DNA of 64,000 bases from Phycisphaerae bacterium. GTDB lineage: Bacteria; Planctomycetota; Phycisphaerae; UBA1845; Fen-1342. Shown here in pieces: positions 1-8,391 of the stretch (within the stretch, counting starts at the first letter, position 1; each line of letters opens with the position of its first letter). The position numbers were made by a program, and so were the translations under genes. The stretch lies in the NCBI GenBank assembly GCA_963675745.2, contig CAXXWX010000016.1:64001-128000 (forward strand), read 5' to 3'. The notes beneath the pieces were generated by a model. That model saw nothing but the letters and a program-made list of their open reading frames with translations, searched no databases and had not been told where the DNA came from.

Positions 1-1398
1 CCGCTCAGCCAGCGGTCGGTTCGTCAGAATGTACGCCGTACCGGCAGGCGCGACGGCGGGCGCGACAAGTGCGCGCACGGCGGGTTGATCGCGTGTTTCG
101 CGCCCCGGCCCGCGCACCAGATCCTCCAACGCGACCCAGTGAGCCGCCGGGTGGAACGCGAAGCCGTCGGGCAATTGGCCCAATCCCGGGGCGAACACCG
201 GCCCGTCGAGCGATCGTAGCAGGTCGATCAGATCGGCGTGCGCCTCACGCGCCGCGCTGGGCATGATGACCCGGCGCGGATCGTAGCTTATCAGCGGATT
301 CCATGCCATCAGCGCGAAGCTGCCCGCCAGCGCGACAGCGTGCAGCTTGTAGCGGCGCACGCGCGCGGAAACACGCCACCACGCCGCCAAGCCGATCGTA
401 CCCATGAGGATGATGAGCGTCCCCATCGGTATGAACACGTTGAAAGAGCAGCCCGGGTCGAGCGCGCCCATCGTGCCGGTCAACAGCGCCATCGCAAACT
501 GGTAGTGCCAGATCGTCAGTCGCTGGTGCGCACGGCGCAACGCGGCGATCGTTGTCAGCACCGCCGCCACCGCCAAAAACGGGTAATTGAGCGCTATGAA
601 CCCCACCAGCACCTTTACCGTGGCCAGGTCCAGCGTCCCCCAGCGGCGCGGCACTTCCCAAGTGAAGTAGAGGAAACGCTCGCCGAACAGAGGTTTTCCG
701 CCGAACAGGTACAGCGCCGGCCCAAGCAGTAGAAACACGACCCACGGCAAGATTGAGTACTTCCAGCCGTCTCGTGAGGTGACATAAGCCAGGCCGCCGA
801 GCGCGAACAGCGCGCCGTGCTGCTTGAACCAGAACGATGCCACCAGCAGCGCGATGCCAAGCACGGTCAAGATGACGTGCCGGTTGCGATCTATCAGATG
901 CGTGCCCAGCAGGGCGCTGGCGAGCATGCAGGCATCCGCGTGTGCCGTGTCGAGGTAGGCATCCATGACGCGGTAGGCGGCCGCGAACAGGCCGGTCGCC
1001 ACCAGCCCCCACCACGCCGACTTCGTGTGACGTCTCACGGCCGCAAACAGAACGCCGGCGGCCACCACAGCGCCCAGCACGGACACCAGTCGCAGCGTGG
1101 CCAGGCTCTGACCAAAGACCCACGAGAACGGCACCGCAACGTAGTAGTAAAGCGGGTTGTAAGCCAGTGGTACGTACTCGGGAGTTGGCTCAGGGTAGAC
1201 AGGCGCAAACGCCGCCGCACGCTGAAAGTGCTGGAAAACCACGCCTTCCATCAGATCGAGAAAAAGGGGGAATCTGATGTGGTTGATGAAAAGCAATGCC
1301 AGAAAGAGCATGTGGGCGACGGCGTAGATGCCGAGCACCCAGCGTGCGGCACGCTCGTACCCGTCCTGGCCGTCGATTTCACGCACTTCCGAGCACAT
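1..1398 (-). CDS. GT-C-fold (ArnT/PMT-like) membrane glycosyltransferase, 3' end beyond the window edge
   Basis: Absent from the ORF track because it has no stop in the window. Manual translation from ATG 1398 is open to position 1: MCSEVREIDG...FPLFLDLMEG...YNPLYYYVA...LRLVSVLG...FWFKQHG, with many TM segments. Confidence 0.75.
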   Translation of the reverse strand, partial: MCSEVREIDGQDGYERAARWVLGIYAVAHMLFLALLFINHIRFPLFLDLMEGVVFQHFQRAAAFAPVYPEPTPEYVPLAYNPLYYYVAVPFSWVFGQSLATLRLVSVLGAVVAAGVLFAAVRRHTKSAWWGLVATGLFAAAYRVMDAYLDTAHADACMLASALLGTHLIDRNRHVILTVLGIALLVASFWFKQHGALFALGGLAYVTSRDGWKYSILPWVVFLLLGPALYLFGGKPLFGERFLYFTWEVPRRWGTLDLATVKVLVGFIALNYPFLAVAAVLTTIAALRRAHQRLTIWHYQFAMALLTGTMGALDPGCSFNVFIPMGTLIILMGTIGLAAWWRVSARVRRYKLHAVALAGSFALMAWNPLISYDPRRVIMPSAAREAHADLIDLLRSLDGPVFAPGLGQLPDGFAFHPAAHWVALEDLVRGPGRETRDQPAVRALVAPAVAPAGTAYILTNRPLAER

Positions 1399-1430
1399 CA
1401 CTATCCCCGTCGCCGTTGGACGATTTGATT

Positions 1431-3698
1431 TTAGGGCATCCATGCGGCGATGTGCTCCGCCAGATCCTCCGCCACCGCCTGATGCCCGATGGCGGTCCAG
1501 TGCATATTGTGACGCTGGTAAGGGCAGCCCTCCGTCACCGCGCGGAGCACCGGGCGCAAATCGTAGCACGTGATTCCCCAGGACTCGGCGATCTCACGTG
1601 TAATTCGCTGCGGTCGCTCAAGGTCAAAGCACTCCGCGTCGGACAGGTCCACGTGTTGCGGGAAGTACGCGAGATCGTCCGGCTGACAGACCTGGACCGG
1701 CGCCGGGATCAAGACTAGCACGACACGCGCACCAATATCGTCCGCCGTGGCCCAAATCTCCCCGACGCGCTCGCTCACCAATGCCCGCGCCGGGTCGGGC
1801 TCCGTCGCCTTACGGCGTTCGAGGGCTTTGAAGTTGCCCAGGAAATAGCCGTGCTCGTCGGGAATCCCGCGCAGGAATTCATCGCGCATGCGGTGTGCCT
1901 GCAAGCCGAGCCAGCTACGTGTGTTTGCCGCCGTAAACAGTGAGAACCACCCGTCTGGCGCCCGGCGGCCGAATCCGATCGAGCGGCGGAACCAGTCATC
2001 GCTGCGCAGCACGTCTTCGTATTCGTTCACAAAGAATCCGACGAGGATCAGATCGGGCCGGTACTTCGGCGCGAAGTGGCGAACCACGGCGGCGTATTGA
2101 TTGGGCCCATAGCCGGTAATCGCGAAGTTGAGCACTTCAACCGGCTGGTTCGGATGAAGCGCCGCCAGCTTGCTCTCCAGGACGCGCGGCCAGGCCCCGT
2201 TTGTGTCGACACCCTCGGCGCTGGTAAAGGCGTCGCCGACGGTCAGGATTCGCCATGTCCCCGGCGTTTTCTCCTCGACGTACTGCGGCCCGGGGAAACC
2301 CAAGGCATTAGCCGACACGACATAGTCATAGCTCTGCCACCGCAACCGGGTTTCGCGCGATGGCTTGAGCCGCCAGCCGAAGACGTCATGCGGTTCCAGT
2401 GATGGCCGCTCACCCCAACCGAAGACCTCCTGGGGATTAACGCCGCGCACGTACAGTTCGGTGACCAATATCGCGGATACGCCGAGAGCCAAGACGCCGG
2501 CCGCCGCCAAGCCGCTGCGTGCCCACCCGATCCGCCGGGCCCAGCGCAGCAGCAGCGCCGGGATAGCGGCAACCCATTCGAGCATAACCGCTGCCAACAG
2601 CGTCAGCCCGATTGCCAGCATCGTGCGCGCAAACGTACGGCCGGTCGGCGGCGCGCCGTCCGGGACGAGCAGCGCGATCACCGGCCCGTGTACCAGGTAC
2701 AGCGAATAGGAGTGTCGCCCCAGCCAGCGCCACGCTTGCGCGACGATACGTGGCCCTTCGCCGCAAGCGATGATCAGACGCCACAAGATCACAAACGCGC
2801 CGGCCCCGAGCAGGAAAGGCGCTACTGACATGCCCAGCAGCGTCAGTGAAAGCACCGCTCCGAGCACATATGAAGCTATCGCCAGCAGAACAAAGGCGCG
2901 CCGTGGTGCGCGACCGGTCTGTCCGGGGCTGCCGTGCAACCATCCGGCGATCGCCATGCCCAAGGCGAATTCGGGCAGGCGCGTGATGAATATCGCCCCG
3001 CGTTGCCACGCATCGACGTAGTCGTCGAGCATTACCAGCCCGGCGCCACGGGCGGCGAAGCTCACTGCGCAGGCCACGATCAGCAAGCCCCCCGGACCGA
3101 GCCGCCGCAGGCCCCACCAGAGCACCGGAAAGACCAGATACAACTGGAGCAGCAGGCCGATGAACCACCACGCCGGGCTGATCGCGTAAAACAACTCCCC
3201 GGTGACCCGCACACCGAGGGCACTGAGCGCCAGCGTGGGAATCGAGAAGTCGCCGAATCCAACCAACAGAGCCAATCCGCCGATAAGGACATGAGCGGCG
3301 ATCCATGGAGGGTAAATCCGCGCAGCGCGGCGAATGTAGAAGGTCGCCGGCGACAGCGTTGTCGTCCGGCGTGACAAGAGGCTCCAGGTCAGCCCGAAGC
3401 CGCTGGCGATCAGAAACAACTGGACACCCTGATCACCGGACCAGCCCACGTAACGCAGGACGTTCAGCGGGGCTGACCACAGGCCGAATCCACCGAGCGG
3501 GCACAATTGCGCCAGACGCTGATCCAGCGGCGGCCAGTCGCCGGTCGGGTTGGCAATCAGCGGCGTGCCGAAAACCGCTTCGGTGACATGGTTGAGGAAG
3601 ATCCAGACCAGCGCGATCGCCTTTACGCGGTCGAGCCAGAACAGGTTGGCGGCTGAATCGGCCGGGCGTCGCGATATGGCGCTGTCGGCTGTTGCCAT
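1431..3698 (-). CDS. Acyltransferase-3 (OafA-like) membrane domain fused to a C-terminal SGNH-like domain
   Basis: AT3 motifs WLDRVKAIA, GVQLFLIASGFGL, FYIRRAARIYP, WWFIGLLLQLYLVFP, LGRHSYSLYLVH. C-terminal NALGFPG, VGDAFT, NFAITGYGP, HNMHWT. Confidence 0.85.
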   Translation of the reverse strand: MATADSAISRRPADSAANLFWLDRVKAIALVWIFLNHVTEAVFGTPLIANPTGDWPPLDQRLAQLCPLGGFGLWSAPLNVLRYVGWSGDQGVQLFLIASGFGLTWSLLSRRTTTLSPATFYIRRAARIYPPWIAAHVLIGGLALLVGFGDFSIPTLALSALGVRVTGELFYAISPAWWFIGLLLQLYLVFPVLWWGLRRLGPGGLLIVACAVSFAARGAGLVMLDDYVDAWQRGAIFITRLPEFALGMAIAGWLHGSPGQTGRAPRRAFVLLAIASYVLGAVLSLTLLGMSVAPFLLGAGAFVILWRLIIACGEGPRIVAQAWRWLGRHSYSLYLVHGPVIALLVPDGAPPTGRTFARTMLAIGLTLLAAVMLEWVAAIPALLLRWARRIGWARSGLAAAGVLALGVSAILVTELYVRGVNPQEVFGWGERPSLEPHDVFGWRLKPSRETRLRWQSYDYVVSANALGFPGPQYVEEKTPGTWRILTVGDAFTSAEGVDTNGAWPRVLESKLAALHPNQPVEVLNFAITGYGPNQYAAVVRHFAPKYRPDLILVGFFVNEYEDVLRSDDWFRRSIGFGRRAPDGWFSLFTAANTRSWLGLQAHRMRDEFLRGIPDEHGYFLGNFKALERRKATEPDPARALVSERVGEIWATADDIGARVVLVLIPAPVQVCQPDDLAYFPQHVDLSDAECFDLERPQRITREIAESWGITCYDLRPVLRAVTEGCPYQRHNMHWTAIGHQAVAEDLAEHIAAWMP

Positions 3699-3876
3699 GA
3701 TCCGCCTCGCTGGATATTAACGGCGCCTAGCCGGACAACCTGGGAACCCGATTCAATGCGGGGGACCAACCCTTCAGTTGCGGGAGATCGACTCTAACTT
3801 GTGGAGGACCGACCTCCGGTCGGTCATGCAACAGGCCAGAGCCATGGTAAGCATCAGTCCAACCAAAGCGCGACCG

Positions 3877-5145
3877 ATGAGCCACCACCTGCGCATTCTA
3901 CTGCCACTGCTCGCCTGTGCCCTTATCGTCCGCCTGGCGTTTTGCTTCTTCCTGGCCGCCAGGCTGAACCTCGAGGTCGGACCGCACGCGGTTGACTTCT
4001 ATGAGCTGACTGATGGTTATATCGACGTGGCGGTCAACGTTGTCGAGCATGGTACTTTCGCGTTTCGGCCCGACGCGCGTCCGACAACATACCGCGCGCC
4101 GCTATATCCGCTCGTGCTGGCGGCGGCCTACGCCGTCTGGCGGGATATCGCGCCGGTAACACTGCTGGTCAACTGCCTGGCCTCTACGCTGACGATTGCG
4201 GTGATCTACCTGGCAGCGCTGCGCCTGCTCGGCGGGCGCATGCACTGGGCCGTGATGTTGCCGGCGACGTTCTTCCCACTGTCGATTTACTACTGCGCCA
4301 GCAGCTACTCCGACTCGCTCGTCGCGCTGACGACCGCCTGCTACTTCCTGAGCATCGTGTGGCTGTTCGATTGCCCGACCTGGCGCACGGGCGTTGTGAG
4401 CGGTTTCGCATTCGCCGCCGCCGCCCTTACCAAAAGCGTGATCCTGCCGCTACCGGTGATTCTGCTTGGCTATGCCATCGTCAGGGCGCGCCGGGCAATG
4501 CCCATGACCGCACTCGCGCTGGCCGTGGGCCTGGGCGTCATCAGTCTGTGGACGGTGCGCAATTACTGCGTGTCGGGAGCACCAATCCCCGTCTCGGGCG
4601 GTGCGGGGTTCAACATGCTCGTGGGCGGCTACATGGTCGAAAAAGGACCAGATCCCGGTACCAGCTACGTCTACGGCGAGCTCCGGGCCATCGAGCGCGT
4701 CAATCACGACGAGGCGTGGTCACTCGATCGGCAGGCGCTTCGCACCGGGCCTCATCTGGACCTGGATTCGGCGACTGATCGCGCCTTCGGCCGCGCTGCA
4801 TTGCGGGTCATACGGGAAAGCCCGCTGGGGTTGGTGAAGAAAGTCGGGGTGAATGCGCTGCGCTTCTGGATGTTTTCGTCATCGCGTGCCAAAACCGCCG
4901 TAAACGCGGCCATCAACCTGACTGTGCTCGGTTTGAGTCTGCTGATGCTGCGCAGGTTGTGGCGGACGCGGCCATTGGCGTGTGAGCTGCTGCTGGTCTT
5001 TGTCGTGTATTTCGCAGCCGTCTACAGCATCGTTATCGTTCACTCGTGTCGTTTCAGTATGCCGATTGTAATGCTGTTGACGCCGCTCGCGGCGGCATAT
5101 GTGATGCGCGGAGATCGACGACTTGGCACACCCGCCGACATCTGA
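3877..5145 (+). CDS. GT-C (ArnT/GT39-like) membrane glycosyltransferase
   Basis: Multi-TM; DGYIDVA, PTTYRAPLYP, AALTK, WTVRNY, GFNMLVG. Start moved from 3778 to ATG 3877 (uncertain). Confidence 0.75.
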   Translation: MSHHLRILLPLLACALIVRLAFCFFLAARLNLEVGPHAVDFYELTDGYIDVAVNVVEHGTFAFRPDARPTTYRAPLYPLVLAAAYAVWRDIAPVTLLVNCLASTLTIAVIYLAALRLLGGRMHWAVMLPATFFPLSIYYCASSYSDSLVALTTACYFLSIVWLFDCPTWRTGVVSGFAFAAAALTKSVILPLPVILLGYAIVRARRAMPMTALALAVGLGVISLWTVRNYCVSGAPIPVSGGAGFNMLVGGYMVEKGPDPGTSYVYGELRAIERVNHDEAWSLDRQALRTGPHLDLDSATDRAFGRAALRVIRESPLGLVKKVGVNALRFWMFSSSRAKTAVNAAINLTVLGLSLLMLRRLWRTRPLACELLLVFVVYFAAVYSIVIVHSCRFSMPIVMLLTPLAAAYVMRGDRRLGTPADI

Positions 5146-6772
5146 GCCCGTCCCGACGGCCGCTCGCGGCGCTGATCGCGCGAACGCCGTTGCCGCGCCC
5201 GCTTGCCTGATCCCTGTCTGGGGGGCGCTGTTGCTGGGAGCGGGGCTGCGCATCGCCGGCCTGGGGCACAAGCCGCTGTGGGAGGATGAGGGCTGGACGT
5301 ACTACGTCACCACGTCGCCGCAGCGGTTGCTCGCGCTTGTGGGCCTTGATCCGCACCCGCTGACGTTTTACTGGCTGGCGCGCTGCACCGGAGAGGCCTT
5401 TACCGCGAGCACCTGGCTGTTCCGCACTCCCGCCGCTGCGTTCTCCATCCTCGGGCTGGTCGGCTGGGCGGGCGCGGTGGCCATGTTGCGCCTGGAGAAA
5501 CAGGTGCAGCGCTGGTGCGTGCTGCTGTTTGCGGTGATCCCGCTGAACGTGTGCTACGCACAGGAAGCCCGAGCATACTCACTGATTCAGGCACTGGGAA
5601 TCGGTTGCCTGCTGGCGTATGCCTGGGCGCGGCGTCGCAGCGGTTGGGGGCCCATTGGAGTGCTGTTCATCGCGGCCGCCGCCTCTTGTCACCTTGACGG
5701 ATTCGGCCTCGCGATCCCGTGCGGTCTGCTCGTGCATGCCGCGTGGGAGGCACGGCGCAGTCGCAAGGCGCGACGACTGCTCTGGGGACTGGTGGCCGGA
5801 GCATCGACGGCGATCCCCTACTACATCTTCCGAGTGACGTACCTGCTTCAGGCCGGTGAAGTACACAGCCTGCCAGCGCTCACCGAGTCGCCGCCGCTTC
5901 TGCTCATCGAGCGTCTGGTGGCCGTTAGTCCGTTCGGCGTCACGCAGGCGAGCCTGGACCGCACTGGACATGCGGCGCTGATCCTCGTGTCGCTCGGCGT
6001 TCTGACTCTCGGGCTGTTGGTGGTCGGACTTGTTGGCCGCACGACGTGGTATCCGCGCCGGGCCCGCACGATCCTGGCACTTTGCCTGCTTCCACAATTG
6101 GCTCTGCTTTTGGCGTCGGCGATCGTCACCGACCAGGACACGCTGGAAAAGCGCTACTTTGTTCCGCTGGTCCCGGGTTTTGTCGGGCTTTTTGTGCTTG
6201 GCTACCTGCGTGTCGCTCGGCTTGTGCCGCTGTCCGCGTATGTCTTGCTATTGGTGGCGCCGCTGACCGTTAGCGCGCTGTGGCTTTCGAAGCCGACCGC
6301 ACGGTCGAGCTCGGATTGGCGTGGTCTGTACCAGGCCGTCGCGCCGGAGCTTCAGCCGGGCGATGGCCTGCTAAACGAGCGATTCGCGAACTATCCGTTT
6401 CATGCCAGCAGCCCGCTGCGGGCTTACGCGCGCATGGAAAATCGCGCGATCCCGTCCGCACAGTGGCACGAATATGTTCTGCTGGCCCAGCAGCGGCGGC
6501 GCGGCGCCAGCGCGTCAGCCGATGACGCACATTTTGACCGGCTGCAACAGCGTGACCTGCTGAAGTTCCTCAGCGCGATTCCGTCCGGTCGCGTCTGGGC
6601 CTTGTCGAGCGAGCTCACGCTCGATCGCACGCTGGACCTTGAACCCTACGCTGAACGCCTCCAGACGCAGTGCGCGCCTGGATTGACGGCCGCGCTCTGG
6701 CATGTTCGTCCCGCTATCGTGTCCGAGCGATTGGCGTATTTGGAGCAACTTGAACCCCCCGCGGGTGATTGA
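5123..6772 (+). CDS. GT-C (GT39/ArnT-like) membrane glycosyltransferase
   Basis: LWEDE acidic loop after TM1, HPLTFY, YAQEARAYSL, RYF, DWRG; typical PMT_2-like layout. Confidence 0.8.
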   Translation: MAHPPTSEPVPTAARGADRANAVAAPACLIPVWGALLLGAGLRIAGLGHKPLWEDEGWTYYVTTSPQRLLALVGLDPHPLTFYWLARCTGEAFTASTWLFRTPAAAFSILGLVGWAGAVAMLRLEKQVQRWCVLLFAVIPLNVCYAQEARAYSLIQALGIGCLLAYAWARRRSGWGPIGVLFIAAAASCHLDGFGLAIPCGLLVHAAWEARRSRKARRLLWGLVAGASTAIPYYIFRVTYLLQAGEVHSLPALTESPPLLLIERLVAVSPFGVTQASLDRTGHAALILVSLGVLTLGLLVVGLVGRTTWYPRRARTILALCLLPQLALLLASAIVTDQDTLEKRYFVPLVPGFVGLFVLGYLRVARLVPLSAYVLLLVAPLTVSALWLSKPTARSSSDWRGLYQAVAPELQPGDGLLNERFANYPFHASSPLRAYARMENRAIPSAQWHEYVLLAQQRRRGASASADDAHFDRLQQRDLLKFLSAIPSGRVWALSSELTLDRTLDLEPYAERLQTQCAPGLTAALWHVRPAIVSERLAYLEQLEPPAGD

Positions 6773-8243
6773 ACAGTCGCCGCCACCCGCCGCCGCCGCG
6801 ATCGCAGCGGCGTCCAATGCGAATCGTTGCCGGCGAACCGTGTGGGAGACGCGCTTGCACGCTGTCAGCCCTGATCTTGAAGCCGCCGCACCCGCGCCGA
6901 AGAAGCGCGCGCCGACTCTGCGGCGTTCTGGCCGCGCCCGCCGTCGGCGCGACCTGGCCGTGTTGGTGATGTTGACGCTGATAACGCGTGGCGTGCTGTG
7001 GTTCACGGTGAGCTGCTATGCGTGGCCGGTCGCCGGTTCGCACGCCGACGATTTCTGGACCAGCACGGACGGGTACATTGCCTTGGCGCAAACGCTCGTG
7101 GAGACCGGGCGTTTCGCGTTTGCGCCGGATGTTCCGCCCACGGTACACCGCGGTCCGGCCTTTCCCGTCGCAATAGCGCTGGCGTCATACGTGACCAACT
7201 CGTTTGGCGATGCGGTCATGCTTGTGAACCTGCTCGCGAGCTGTGTGATTACAGTGGTGATGTACGTGTTGGCGGCGCGGGTCTATCGTCCGCGCGCCAG
7301 TTTCTGGATCGCCCTGGCCGGTTCGTGTTATCCGTTGCTGGTGTATTACGCGCTCTGCAGTTGGAGCGACGTCTTCCTGGCGGCCTGTTTCGGCCTGTAT
7401 ACCTGGACAACGCTGCGCGTGCTGGAGTCACGGCGCTCGCGCGACGCGGCGATCAGCGCCGTCGCCCTGGCGCTTACCCTCCTGGCCAAGTCGGTCTTCA
7501 CTCCATTGCCGGTCGCGATATTGCTGGTGGCGGCGGCCGTGCGGCGTTCGTGGTTGCGGCTGCTGACCATCCAGGTCGTGCTCGCGGTCGTGATAGTCGC
7601 ACCGTGGGCAATCAGAAACTCGCTGCTGCTCGGCAAACCCACCATGATCACGTCCGGGTCGGGTTTCAACATGCTGGTCGGGCACTACATGGTAAACCAC
7701 TCCGGCAACTGCAACGCTGTGTTCCGCGCCGGGCGCGCCGACGCCATCGCCTGCGTCGAACGGCAAAAGGGCCTTGAGGTCAACTTCGACGATCTGCGCA
7801 CAGCCGGATTCTACGACGTAGACCCGGCGGTCGATGACGCAATGCTGTCGATTGCGCTGGAGCAGGTCTTCACGCGACCGCTGCACTTTGTGCGCAAGAT
7901 CACAGTCAATCTGGGGCGCTTCTGGTACTTCGCGTCGTCGCAGCGCCGCTCGTACGCTGTTCTGGCCATCAACTTTCCACTGGTCATACTGGCCGCGTGG
8001 GAGCTATGGCGTAACCGGCGCGCCCACAAACGCACCGCGGCCTGGGTCGCGTTCGTGGTCGCTTGTGTATGGCTGACCTATGCGGCGGTCATCGTACACT
8101 CGCGCTTCTATCTGCCAGTCATGCCGTTGCTGTTGCCGTTTGCCATGGCGCGGTTGGGCGCGATAACCGGAATCCTGTCAGTCTCGCGCCTACGAGTACG
8201 GCCACACTCCACAGCCCCGCCACACGACGCCGAAGTGGCCTGA
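6765..8243 (+). CDS. GT-C membrane glycosyltransferase, paralog of 3877-5145
   Basis: Shares DGYI..A...VE.G.FAF.PD..PT..R.P, W..RN, GFNMLVG.YMV and RFW.F with 3877-5145. Start uncertain (GTG 6765 overlaps the upstream stop). Confidence 0.75.
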   Translation: MIEQSPPPAAAAIAAASNANRCRRTVWETRLHAVSPDLEAAAPAPKKRAPTLRRSGRARRRRDLAVLVMLTLITRGVLWFTVSCYAWPVAGSHADDFWTSTDGYIALAQTLVETGRFAFAPDVPPTVHRGPAFPVAIALASYVTNSFGDAVMLVNLLASCVITVVMYVLAARVYRPRASFWIALAGSCYPLLVYYALCSWSDVFLAACFGLYTWTTLRVLESRRSRDAAISAVALALTLLAKSVFTPLPVAILLVAAAVRRSWLRLLTIQVVLAVVIVAPWAIRNSLLLGKPTMITSGSGFNMLVGHYMVNHSGNCNAVFRAGRADAIACVERQKGLEVNFDDLRTAGFYDVDPAVDDAMLSIALEQVFTRPLHFVRKITVNLGRFWYFASSQRRSYAVLAINFPLVILAAWELWRNRRAHKRTAAWVAFVVACVWLTYAAVIVHSRFYLPVMPLLLPFAMARLGAITGILSVSRLRVRPHSTAPPHDAEVA

Positions 8244-8339
8244 CCCCCTTCCAGTGCACAACCAGTGCGTGTCGGCGCGCCGCCGCCGCGCCACACGCGG
8301 GTTTTGGAGCGCCGATTTGGGGTGAAGGCGGATTCCCGC

Positions 8340-8345
8340 TATAAT
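8340..8345 (+). promoter_or_regulatory. Candidate sigma70 -10 box for the GH38-like gene
   Basis: Perfect TATAAT about 50 nt upstream of ATG 8392, with a purine-rich SD (gagga) in between. Confidence 0.4.
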
Positions 8346-8391
8346 CCTCCCAAGCAGGGCTGCCTCGAGGGAGAAGAGGAAAGTTGCGCCC

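Noticed and set aside
245..1123. 292-aa minus-strand ORF and the plus-strand ORFs 238-732 and 817-1428
   Set aside because: Shadow frames of the GT-C gene (1398 to the window edge), which the track missed because it has no stop codon in the window.
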